From: an uncultured Nitrososphaerota archaeon
GTDB taxonomy: Archaea; Asgardarchaeota; Njordarchaeia; Njordarchaeales; Panguiarchaeaceae
Assembly: GCA_964636085.1 (NCBI GenBank)
Contig: CAZWPQ010000001.1
Span: 73,427 to 137,426, forward strand
DNA length: 64,000 nucleotides
Direction: 5' to 3'
Part shown: positions 1 through 8,449 of the stretch, piece by piece
Numbering within the stretch: position 1 is the stretch's first letter
How the letters are laid out: each line of letters starts with the position of its first letter
Notes under the pieces: model-generated
Database searches by the model: none
What the model was told of the DNA's origin: nothing
What the model saw: the letters and a program-made list of their open reading frames with translations, nothing else
Translations under genes and position numbers: made by a program

Positions 1-479
1 TCAATGTTGATGATCCAGTCAGGTTTTTCTAGCGAGACCTCACCATAGTGAATATGTTTTGCGATAAGATCTATAATCCTCCTAGATGAGGCCCCTGATG
101 AGTGCTTCGAGACACGAACACACCATTTTCCATCTCCAATTCTTATGGGACCTACCTTAGATATAAAATCCACTATATCATCTAATTTCGTCGACACAAT
201 CTCTATAGGGATTATCCTGTGAGTGTATCTTAAAATCCATGGTTTTTTCAGTAAATATGTTCTTATCGTTCTGATGGCCTTTAGGGCGTCTTCGTTAAAT
301 ATAACACCAAAAAGCCCTCTGATTCCTTTTTTCCGTGTTCTAATAAATACAATATCGATTTCGTTAGAGATGTTAGATACATATAGGCAATGCCAGACCT
401 CCGAGGCAGCATCTAGCTCGTATCTGGGATCCGATGTTACGAGAAATTTAGTATTGATAGGAACGATGGAGCTACCCAT
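1..479 (-). CDS. THUMP-domain RNA-binding protein (Tan1-like), partial, runs off window start
   Basis: Own translation from ATG at 479: MGSSIVPINTKFLVTSDPRYELDAASEVW...YTHRIIPIE...WCVRVSKH...EVSLEKPDWIINIE; the 'V.L..PD..I.IE' ending is typical of THUMP; not in the ORF track because truncated. Confidence 0.8.
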   Translation of the reverse strand, partial: MGSSIVPINTKFLVTSDPRYELDAASEVWHCLYVSNISNEIDIVFIRTRKKGIRGLFGVIFNEDALKAIRTIRTYLLKKPWILRYTHRIIPIEIVSTKLDDIVDFISKVGPIRIGDGKWCVRVSKHSSGASSRRIIDLIAKHIHYGEVSLEKPDWIINI

Positions 480-506
480 TAAGTGTCACAAGAAATTGCT
501 CAAAAG

Positions 507-1115
507 CTAGGGCTTATATGGCCTCTTTTTTCTTGCTTTTTTTCTAAGAGCTGCACGTCTGGAAGGTCTTACTTTCTCAGCACCTCTACCCTTGTTCCGT
601 AACCCTCTGGCTCTCTTCCCTGCTGAGGTTAAACCTCGAAACACTCTTCCTCTATTCTTGTTACTAGTAATCCAGTTAAGATTCGGATCGCTTTTTATGA
701 CTGGATTATCACGTTCCACAAGGATAACCTCATACCATACAAATTGTCCGTCCTCGCCGACCCAATACGAATTTAAAACTTCAGTATTTCTATATTTTCG
801 TGCGGCACGTTCCTCAGCAATCCATTGTAGTGACTTTCCAACAGTGTGTCCCTTTATAGCTAAGTGTTTTCCTTTTCGCCCCCTCTTAGGTCTTGGTTTT
901 CTTTGCCCCCCTTTTCTTACCCTTACCCGTACAAGTATTATCCCCTGTTTAGGTTTCCAACCTAGTGTGCGTGCTCTATATAGGTTTGTTGGTCTCTCGA
1001 TGCGGACTACGGCGGGTTCTCTGCGCCAGACGAGTATTCTTTCCTGCATTAGTTTTTCGAACTCCTCTGAATCTTTATTGCTCCAAAACTCTTGAATATA
1101 TTTGTAAGCGCCCAA
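507..1115 (-). CDS. rpl15e: 50S ribosomal protein L15e (eL15)
   Basis: [15 protein letters not shown]...[39 protein letters not shown]. Confidence 0.98.
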   Translation of the reverse strand: MGAYKYIQEFWSNKDSEEFEKLMQERILVWRREPAVVRIERPTNLYRARTLGWKPKQGIILVRVRVRKGGQRKPRPKRGRKGKHLAIKGHTVGKSLQWIAEERAARKYRNTEVLNSYWVGEDGQFVWYEVILVERDNPVIKSDPNLNWITSNKNRGRVFRGLTSAGKRARGLRNKGRGAEKVRPSRRAALRKKARKKRPYKP

Positions 1116-1254
1116 GGTCTACACCGCCTATTTTATCTTTGTTATGTTAAAACTGCTCCACCTTTGATGAATCCATAACCAATAGAAATTTTAGTAATTT
1201 AATTAATTTATATCAATCCCATTTTACCTTACTTATTATGGGAACATAACCTCA

Positions 1255-1352
1255 GCCGGGGTTGCCGAGCTAGGTACGGCGTCGGACTCGAGCAGATTGA
1301 GAAATCCGATGGCGTTTTCGCCTCGCGGGTTCAAATCCCGCCCCCGGCACCA
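1255..1352 (+). tRNA. tRNA-Ser(CGA) with 11-nt intron at 37/38, CCA encoded
   Basis: GCCGGGG/CCCCGGC acceptor stem, TCGGA-CTCGAG[CAGATTGAGAA]A-TCCGA anticodon arm, long variable arm, GGTTCAAATCC T-arm. Confidence 0.9.
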
Positions 1353-1355
1353 TAA

Positions 1356-1438
1356 GCGGGGGTTCCGGAGCGGTCAAACGGGCAAGGTTCAGGACCTTGT
1401 GGCGTATACCTTCGCGGGTTCAAATCCCGCCCCCCGCA
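1356..1438 (+). tRNA. tRNA-Leu(CAG), intronless
   Basis: GCGGGGG/CCCCCGC-A, CAAGG-TTCAGGA-CCTTG anticodon arm, long variable arm; 3 nt after tRNA-Ser. Confidence 0.95.
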
Positions 1439-1451
1439 TTTCTATTAGACT

Positions 1452-2213
1452 CTAGTAATCTTCAGGAAGGTATAACATTGGATCTAAAACCACTATGCCG
1501 TTGCGCTCTGCGTGTTCCAATTTGTTTTTTACTTCTTCCACTATATTTCGTAGTTCCCCATATTTTCTAAGCGCATCTCCCGCAACAAAAATCATTATGC
1601 CACCACTACTCGTAAGAAACACTTCAAATTTCATTGGATCATGCATAAAATCTTCAATTATCTTGTTATTACGCGCCACAATCAGCTTAAGTCTGTTATC
1701 TACAAGGAAGAAAAAATCCATATATTTGGTATAATCTATTTTAAGATCTAAAATAGAAGATATCTCTACTTTATTCTTAGTATCCCTATCTACTACATAA
1801 TTAGCCAGCACATTCTCAATTTTCCTGTACAGTCTCTTAAGCTCAATCTCTAGATAGTCATTTGTCAAGCCATTAGTCTTTATTTTATCGATTGTTTTTC
1901 CTATAAGGTTCTCTATTTCAAATCTAATGCTTTTTATTTTTTCTATCAAAGCGATATTACTAAAATATGCCACTACAGCATATTTCTTATATTTTCTATC
2001 GTATGCAGGATCATAAACCTTGAACTGGGCTGACAAAACCAAATATTCTTCTGTCTCCAATATAGCCTTGCCCTCCACATATAGGGCATAATCCGCTATC
2101 TGAAAACTAGTACTTATATCTAAGGGGAAGTCCTTTGGCAAGATTATTGATATTACGGGGCCCTCCACATCATCAAACTCAGCTAATCCAACGAAGAAAT
2201 CATATTTCTTCAA
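1452..2213 (-). CDS. uDENN/longin-domain protein, NPRL2/FLCN-like, with a second small alpha/beta C-terminal domain
   Basis: N-term 'FVGLAEFDDVEGPVISIILPKDF' parallels NPRL2 '[22 protein letters not shown]'; 'DPAYDRKYKKYAVV' parallels NPRL2 'HKKYSRNALLFNL' (recalled alignment). Confidence 0.7.
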   Translation of the reverse strand: MKKYDFFVGLAEFDDVEGPVISIILPKDFPLDISTSFQIADYALYVEGKAILETEEYLVLSAQFKVYDPAYDRKYKKYAVVAYFSNIALIEKIKSIRFEIENLIGKTIDKIKTNGLTNDYLEIELKRLYRKIENVLANYVVDRDTKNKVEISSILDLKIDYTKYMDFFFLVDNRLKLIVARNNKIIEDFMHDPMKFEVFLTSSGGIMIFVAGDALRKYGELRNIVEEVKNKLEHAERNGIVVLDPMLYLPEDY

Positions 2214-3203
2214 TTACCACCCACCCAGTACCCCAATATTATTCATAATCCCCACTAGTTTTCTACTCGCTCCGGAAATAATACCTCTTATTACATCAAT
2301 TTGCTTTTTAGGATTAAACAAGGAGAAACATATAGGTCGATCATCTATTTTTCTAATACTTATATATGCTTTCGTTGAAGATCCTACATCCATTATTATG
2401 TCTATTGATTCATCATCCCCAACACCGAAGATAATATCCCACAGGTCTTTCCTGAAATCCCTAATTATTCTTTTTTCGTGCTCCAAGGACGTCAACAGTT
2501 TGGCTGGGATAATAGACAACCAAGAGCCAATCTTTTCATCTCCTTTCATGGCTAATGGGAAACCCATACTATCACTAATAACTACTGTTCTAGAGCCCGT
2601 TAGCTTGGCTAACGTATCTACAATATCCTCTAGCGTTTTCATGGGAAGTGCTTTAGGAAGTATTATCTCCCTTACAACCCTAAATAGACTTTCTGGATAA
2701 TATATGCTGGTATTAAATACATATATTCTTATATTGGGGAAGACCGATTTCATTTTCTCTATCATACTTTGCAATATTTTCTCCGCGTTTAGAGCATTAG
2801 GTAAGTCCTGCTTATGAGCCAATAATGCAATTGTTATGCTATCAATTTTCCTGTCCTTAATAGCGCTTGACATCAGTTTTAATATATCTACGAACTCTTT
2901 CAGCATTAACTTTATTCTCTCTCTTTTCGCCGCTGCGTCCATAACATATAGTATAACAGTATTTTCATCAAGCAAATTTAATAAAAACTCGATATTCGTT
3001 CGCTGAAATCTCCTTTGGCCTGGGGTAACAAATAGTGATATATCTGCCTTTAACACTTTTAGCATGTATTTTTCTACTCTTGTGGAAGGTTCCGTGTTCA
3101 ACGCTATTGCTCTATCTAGAAATATCAAATATTTCCCTATTGATGTTTTGCCCACATTAGCTTGTCCTATCAAAATGACTTTTAATTTAGCCATATTTAT
3201 CAC
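2214..3203 (-). CDS. Rag/Gtr1-like small GTPase with C-terminal roadblock domain
   Basis: G1 GQANVGKTS, G2 PSTRVE, G3 variant VTPGQ, Rag-type G4 HKQD and G5 TSIY; C-term 'LEDIVDTLAKLTGSRTVVISDSMGFPLA' roadblock pattern. Confidence 0.85.
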   Translation of the reverse strand: MINMAKLKVILIGQANVGKTSIGKYLIFLDRAIALNTEPSTRVEKYMLKVLKADISLFVTPGQRRFQRTNIEFLLNLLDENTVILYVMDAAAKRERIKLMLKEFVDILKLMSSAIKDRKIDSITIALLAHKQDLPNALNAEKILQSMIEKMKSVFPNIRIYVFNTSIYYPESLFRVVREIILPKALPMKTLEDIVDTLAKLTGSRTVVISDSMGFPLAMKGDEKIGSWLSIIPAKLLTSLEHEKRIIRDFRKDLWDIIFGVGDDESIDIIMDVGSSTKAYISIRKIDDRPICFSLFNPKKQIDVIRGIISGASRKLVGIMNNIGVLGGW

Positions 3204-3404
3204 ATTCCCTATTAAGAAATTGTATCAATCGAGGGATAACCTGCCAAAAAAATCAGAACATGTTGTGATAAACATAACTAATTTTTTATAACACTCAAGT
3301 AAAAGATTTTTTGTTGTATATTAGCATTAGTAATGAGCAAAATTTGGGCTTCATGTATAGTGATTTTTATTACCTATAATAGCGAATAGCTTGGTGATGA
3401 AGAT

Positions 3405-4736
3405 ATGAACGTACGCCAAAAGAAAACGAAGATTGATTATTCGAAACTCATTGACATATTAAACATTGATATTAATGCACTTAGGACAGCACCAAAAAAA
3501 CCAACTATGCACATATCTAGTGCGATCATCGGTACTGCGGGCCATGTGGATCATGGTAAAAGTACTGTTACAGAAGCCCTTACGGGAAAATTCCCAGCCA
3601 CGCATAGTGAAGAAATACTCCGGGGAATAACTATATTCTTGGGGTATTCTCACCTAGATATTTTTACTTGTGTTTCAGGAGAGGAACTAAGCTGTCTAAT
3701 ATCCAACTCTACCAAAAAATGCCCAAGCAGAACATCAATGCATCACATGCGTTGTTATTCTATACTCGACCACCCTGGACACGAAATTTTGATCTCTACA
3801 ATGCTCTCTGGTGCTTCCCTTATAGATTACGGCCTTGTTGTAATAGCAGCTAATGAACCATGTCCAATGCCCCAGACTAGAGAGCACGTTGCTGCCCTTG
3901 AAGTCATGGGCATAGATAGAATTATATGTGTGCAAAATAAAATAGAACTCGTTGGCCAAGAAAAACTACTAAAACATTATCAACAGATTATCGACTTCTT
4001 TGAGAACGAAACGAGATTCGGTACACCACCAATAATCCCAGTAAGTGCTGCCCTAAAAATAAATATAGAGCTAATATTGGCCGCTATCCTCCAGTATTTC
4101 CCACCCAAAACACCTAATCTTGGAGGCCCAGCCTTGATGTATATAGCCCGCTCTTTCGACCCAAATAGACCAGGAACCCCCATAAAGAAAATTATTGGAG
4201 GCGTTATCGGTGGCGCGCTTAAGAGCGGCGAATTAAAAGTAGGGGATGAAATAGAGATAAGACCTGGTGTTATTGCCGAGGACGGAGAAATCATGCCTTT
4301 GTTCTCAGAAGTAGTAAGTATACGCTCTGATGCTGGACAGTCCCTTAAAAAAGCCCAGCCACATATGCTAATTGGAGTAGCCACAACACTCGACCCTGGG
4401 CTGGCAAAATCAGATGGGCTTGTAGGAAATATCGCGGGGAAATCTAAGGATCTGCCGCCTGTGACTGATAAGATAATTGTCAAGAATATAAATATGTTCG
4501 AAAAAATAATTGGCACAAGAGTTGAAAGGAAAAATTATCCGCTCAGAAAAGGAGAGGAGATATTGATAAACGCTGGCACATCCACCGTCGTTGGAGAAAT
4601 CGACTTCATTCAGGATGACGAGGCCGAAATTATATTGAGTAGACCCATATGCCTGCCTAAGGAGGAGAGAGTGGCAATACTTAGGGAAATTGACCGTGAA
4701 TATAGGCTGGTTGGTTACGGCAGACTGGACTATTAA
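3405..4736 (+). CDS. eif2g: translation initiation factor 2 gamma subunit (aIF2-gamma)
   Basis: GTAGHVDHGKST, HSEE..RGITI.LGY, DHPGHE, PCPMPQTREH, QNKIE, ARSFD.NRPGT, GGVIGG, RLVGYG. Confidence 0.97.
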   Translation: MNVRQKKTKIDYSKLIDILNIDINALRTAPKKPTMHISSAIIGTAGHVDHGKSTVTEALTGKFPATHSEEILRGITIFLGYSHLDIFTCVSGEELSCLISNSTKKCPSRTSMHHMRCYSILDHPGHEILISTMLSGASLIDYGLVVIAANEPCPMPQTREHVAALEVMGIDRIICVQNKIELVGQEKLLKHYQQIIDFFENETRFGTPPIIPVSAALKINIELILAAILQYFPPKTPNLGGPALMYIARSFDPNRPGTPIKKIIGGVIGGALKSGELKVGDEIEIRPGVIAEDGEIMPLFSEVVSIRSDAGQSLKKAQPHMLIGVATTLDPGLAKSDGLVGNIAGKSKDLPPVTDKIIVKNINMFEKIIGTRVERKNYPLRKGEEILINAGTSTVVGEIDFIQDDEAEIILSRPICLPKEERVAILREIDREYRLVGYGRLDY

Positions 4737-4747
4737 GGACAGTTGAA

Positions 4748-5332
4748 CTATTTCCATAAAAATACCGTGGCGATTTTCTCCATCACAACCTTGATGCCCA
4801 CACTATCCATTCTTTCTCCCCTCATCTTGCTAAGAGTACTCACATAATCTAAGGGAACATCGTATATTGACAATATCTCCCCCAAATTTCCAGCACACTT
4901 ATCACACTCTACAAAACTAGTGATAATCCCTCTTTCAACAAGTTCCTCTAATATCTCCTCGACATCATTTCTTGCAATTATCACAATAACAGCCCATCTA
5001 TTAGATCTAGACAACAACTCTAGTACATCCCTAACCTGCGTCCTAGCGAATAAACGCAAACAAAACTGCAGGTTAAGTTTCTTTGCTACATTCTCTCCCC
5101 GGAGATAATCCCTCACAGCAAGCTTAAGAGCATACTCTACTATTTCAATACCTAACACATAACTACACGGAACAAACTGAATCCAAATCCCCCGACGCTC
5201 AAAATCAGGGATAAAATTCAGAAAAGCATCTTTATTTATCTCCCCACAGGTAATTAGGAAATTAAACTTCTCCCCGTTATATGAAATCTTGTCTTTCTTG
5301 TAATACTCTTGTAATACGCTAATATTATCCAA
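4748..5332 (-). CDS. cgi121: KEOPS complex subunit Cgi121
   Basis: A.R....GENVAKKLNLQFCLRLFARTQVRDVL and C-terminal V.EKIA pattern. Confidence 0.75.
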   Translation of the reverse strand: MDNISVLQEYYKKDKISYNGEKFNFLITCGEINKDAFLNFIPDFERRGIWIQFVPCSYVLGIEIVEYALKLAVRDYLRGENVAKKLNLQFCLRLFARTQVRDVLELLSRSNRWAVIVIIARNDVEEILEELVERGIITSFVECDKCAGNLGEILSIYDVPLDYVSTLSKMRGERMDSVGIKVVMEKIATVFLWK

Positions 5333-5362
5333 TGGAATACACCTACATTATCGGTATTTTTA

Positions 5363-5378
5363 TACTACTCGAGTATTA
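5363..5378. promoter_or_regulatory. near-perfect palindrome TACTAC-TCGA-GTATTA, candidate RHH operator
   Basis: Between the TTTTTATA box and the RHH start; contains AGTATTA. Confidence 0.45.
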
Positions 5379-5398
5379 CAGGTATATTGGTGATCCAT

Positions 5399-5611
5399 AT
5401 GCAATTACAAGCATCAAATATGAAATTAATAACCTTGCATATCCCCCAGAAATTCATTGAAGCTCTTGACGAGTTAGTTGCGAGAGGATGGTACCCAAAT
5501 AGAAGTGAGGCTATCAGAGTTGCTATACGCGACTTTTTGAGAGAGATGAAGAAGTTTATGTTGAGTGCAGAAAACAGTAGAAGATCTAGTACTGGTATCC
5601 AGACACTCTAA
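5399..5611 (+). CDS. ribbon-helix-helix transcription factor, CdrS/aCcr1-like
   Basis: MKLITLHIPQKFIEALDELVARGWYPNRSEAIRVAIRDFL; SD GGTGAT precedes ATG at 5399. Confidence 0.85.
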   Translation: MQLQASNMKLITLHIPQKFIEALDELVARGWYPNRSEAIRVAIRDFLREMKKFMLSAENSRRSSTGIQTL

Positions 5612-6089
5612 TCCATTTGCGTCCGCGTAAATAATAACATGTTATATTCCTCCTTCTTAATTTTTTTACTAATTCCATGTCTATTGTGGCTACTGCCGCA
5701 TTAATTTTGCCAGCCATCCTTGCAATGATCTCATCATAGTACTCATAAAATTTTAGCCTGTTTTTGATTCTGGCTAATTCTTCGATTATGGCCTTATCCA
5801 CAGTTATGATCTCTATTTGCATTCTTCTTATTAGCTCTAGTGCAAAGTCTGCTGCTATTTTTATTTTTCCTTTCTTTCTGTTCCTCAATATTTCAAGCTC
5901 CTCTATTGTTGTGTCTAGTACTACAAGCCTAGCTCCTTCTGACACCTCCTTGAGTGCTAATTCTATATTTATTGGCATCCTCTTTTTCCCCTTTATTGCA
6001 TACATTAGTAGGGACGAATCTATGATTATTAATCTATCTCTCCGATTTGAAGTGTTCCCATCCTTTCCTCGGTATCTTTTTTCCAGCAT
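5586..6089 (-). CDS. PIN-domain ribonuclease (Fcf1/Utp24-like)
   Basis: IIIDSSLL, TIEELE, YDEII, VATIDMELVKKLR..NI....LRG. Confidence 0.8.
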   Translation of the reverse strand: MLEKRYRGKDGNTSNRRDRLIIIDSSLLMYAIKGKKRMPINIELALKEVSEGARLVVLDTTIEELEILRNRKKGKIKIAADFALELIRRMQIEIITVDKAIIEELARIKNRLKFYEYYDEIIARMAGKINAAVATIDMELVKKLRRRNITCYYLRGRKWIRVSGYQY

Positions 6090-7026
6090 AGAAAACCCCC
6101 GAACCCTTTTCTACGTATCCTATCTTTATTGGTTCCTTGAGGCCCATCGCTCTAAATTTCTCGATCACTGTCTCCTCTGGCTTGTCCGTGGTGAATATTA
6201 TCTCAAACTCTTCGCCACAATACAATGCTAGGCTTAATGGGTCAAGGTTATTCAACTTTGCATATTGATATACTTCAGATGCGACGGGTATCCTATCTAG
6301 AATTATGGCTACCCCACTCTTGTTGGCGATATCATTCAATGAGACAGCTAGACCATCCGATGAATCTATAGCCGCTGTAGCTAATTCCCTCAATACGATC
6401 GCTATTTTGGGATTTATCTTTGGTCTCATATATTCCCGTAGTACTGATTCTATACCTCTTGTTGCAGTTCCAGATTGGAGTAAATAATGTAGAGCAATGG
6501 AGGCCACACTAAATTCGTTAGTAGCCCATACGCTATCTCCCTCCTTTGCTCCACTCCGAGGTATAAACCTGTCCGAAATACCTATGCCAACGCCTGTAAT
6601 TACAAGGTCTTCGGATCCTCCAAAGTCCCCTCCAATGTATTTGCATCCATAATACTCACACGCCCTCTTTATACCGTCTAGCAACTCTCTAATATGCTTT
6701 ATTTCCATATTGCTTGGAGCACTTATAGAGCACATTAAATATGTGGGTAATCCACTCTTGGCTATTACATCACTAAATGTCATTGTTACTGTTTTCCACC
6801 CTATGCTGTAGTAGTCTATACCCGAGGGCGCGTCCGTACTTTCCACAAATGTGTCCACATTTACTATCATCACCCCTCGGCCACAGGGAAGGGGAAACGC
6901 GTCCTCGTCAACAAAGATATTGTCATTCGATATATATTCAAATATTATCCCCTCTAGAATCCTTCGTTCTCCAAGTTCTGATAGCCTCATCCTATCTTCC
7001 ATATCTAAGCGACACCATACCTGCAA
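6034..7026 (-). CDS. thiL: thiamine-monophosphate kinase
   Basis: LSELGER, DEDA, SDVIA, IGGD, RSGAKEGD, AIDSSDGL, GEEFEIIFT, GWEHF. Confidence 0.93.
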   Translation of the reverse strand: MQVWCRLDMEDRMRLSELGERRILEGIIFEYISNDNIFVDEDAFPLPCGRGVMIVNVDTFVESTDAPSGIDYYSIGWKTVTMTFSDVIAKSGLPTYLMCSISAPSNMEIKHIRELLDGIKRACEYYGCKYIGGDFGGSEDLVITGVGIGISDRFIPRSGAKEGDSVWATNEFSVASIALHYLLQSGTATRGIESVLREYMRPKINPKIAIVLRELATAAIDSSDGLAVSLNDIANKSGVAIILDRIPVASEVYQYAKLNNLDPLSLALYCGEEFEIIFTTDKPEETVIEKFRAMGLKEPIKIGYVEKGSGVFYAGKKIPRKGWEHFKSER

Positions 7027-7852
7027 CTTTTCTTATTCTACTATGCCTCCCCCAAAGTCTTATGAATTTGGTTACGGCATTCGTATACTTTATTTCCACT
7101 TCCTCGCCTCTAGCTATTTCTCCTACTTCCACACCATCCGCTATAAGTATAGCATCCATCCATGTTTCCATGACCTTAACTCTAATAATCGAGTCCGACG
7201 GGAATATCATTGGAAAACTGGACCTAAATAGTGGTGCTATAGGCGTGACAACGAATGACTCCACGCTTTCTGATACTATCGGCCCACCAACCGATAATGC
7301 ATAAGAAGAACTCCCAATGGGTGTCGATATAATTAGGCCATCGCATAGTATCTCCCCCACTTTCTCATTATCCACGCTCATCTCCAAACCCAATATTTTC
7401 CCTGGTTTTTTTGTCATGATAACATATTCATTAAGTATTGAGGGGAACGCATGTGCCCCATGTTCTATATGGGCCTTTGCCCTATGTATTGCTATTATAT
7501 AAAAATCCCCCTTCTCTATCTTATCCACACTATTGTAGAATTCAGCGATAGATAATTCGGTTAGGAGGCCAATCTTTCCAAAATTTATCCCAAGAATTGG
7601 CTTCTCATATTTTTCTATCTCCCTTGAGGCATACAAAATTGTGCCATCACCACCCAAGGTTATGACAAAATCACACGATTTTAAGGCCCTATCCTCAGGT
7701 GCGGAATCTAAGGTTACTACTTGAAGAACATTCCAACCCCGTCTCCTTATAAAATTTAAAAAGTTATCCAACTCTACTATAACGTTCTCTTTAGGGGCAA
7801 CGAATATTACTACATTAGGTTTACCTGAGAAGCCCTCTCCTCCGTATTTCAT
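6992..7852 (-). CDS. nadK: NAD(+) kinase
   Basis: LGGDGTIL, GINFGKIGLL, LNE, DGLIISTPIGSSSYALSVGGP. Confidence 0.95.
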   Translation of the reverse strand: MKYGGEGFSGKPNVVIFVAPKENVIVELDNFLNFIRRRGWNVLQVVTLDSAPEDRALKSCDFVITLGGDGTILYASREIEKYEKPILGINFGKIGLLTELSIAEFYNSVDKIEKGDFYIIAIHRAKAHIEHGAHAFPSILNEYVIMTKKPGKILGLEMSVDNEKVGEILCDGLIISTPIGSSSYALSVGGPIVSESVESFVVTPIAPLFRSSFPMIFPSDSIIRVKVMETWMDAILIADGVEVGEIARGEEVEIKYTNAVTKFIRLWGRHSRIRKVAGMVSLRYGR

Positions 7853-8330
7853 CTATTATCACACCCACTATTTTCTCGAAATCACCATTACTCGTATCTA
7901 TTACTACTAGCTTAGATTTCCCATAATTCGAAATAGCTTCCCCAAGTATCACCCCGAACCTTTCGGCCTCTAGGTTTTCATCAATTTTATCTTGCGAAAA
8001 ACCCCTTCTTTCTAGTCTCTCCCTTAGAACATAAGGCTCACACACCAATACTATACACAAATCAACCCAATCCGATGGCAGCGCCTCCGCACCAATCCCC
8101 TCTATGATGACACTTTTCTTTGTGCTAATAATCCCCCCCAATTTTTTCCTTAGCCTATCCTCGTCTATAATATATGCAGAACGTTGCCTATCATAGCCAC
8201 AGTATAGCTTGTTCTCTATGACAAATTTGCTTAAATGTATGACATGGAAACCATAGCTAGATAACATGTCGGCGAATGTAGACTTACCAGTACCTGGGGA
8301 ACCACATATTGCGATTACCACCAACAGCAA
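7821..8330 (-). CDS. adkA: adenylate kinase AK6/Fap7 family
   Basis: GSPGTGKST, LRERLERRGFSQDKIDENLEAE. Confidence 0.9.
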   Translation of the reverse strand: MLLVVIAICGSPGTGKSTFADMLSSYGFHVIHLSKFVIENKLYCGYDRQRSAYIIDEDRLRKKLGGIISTKKSVIIEGIGAEALPSDWVDLCIVLVCEPYVLRERLERRGFSQDKIDENLEAERFGVILGEAISNYGKSKLVVIDTSNGDFEKIVGVIIDEIRRRGLLR

Positions 8331-8449
8331 TCACCAAGAGTCGAATAATTCACAATCGCCAGTATATAATGCCCTAGGCATTAACATAAACTTATTAATT
8401 TAATACAGATGAATTATACTTTAATTTGATGTGCCTATGATGATTTAAA

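Noticed and set aside
223-1150. Plus-strand ORFs 223-510, 592-1095, 965-1150 and similar Ser/Ile/Phe-rich ORFs throughout the window
   Set aside because: Antisense shadows of well-supported genes
1255-1352. Alternative reading as tRNA-Sec, tRNA-Leu(GAG) or tRNA-Ser(TGA)
   Set aside because: Only the 37/38 intron gives a 7-nt loop with a BHB-like helix (CUCG/UGAG); the acceptor stem is a normal 7 bp
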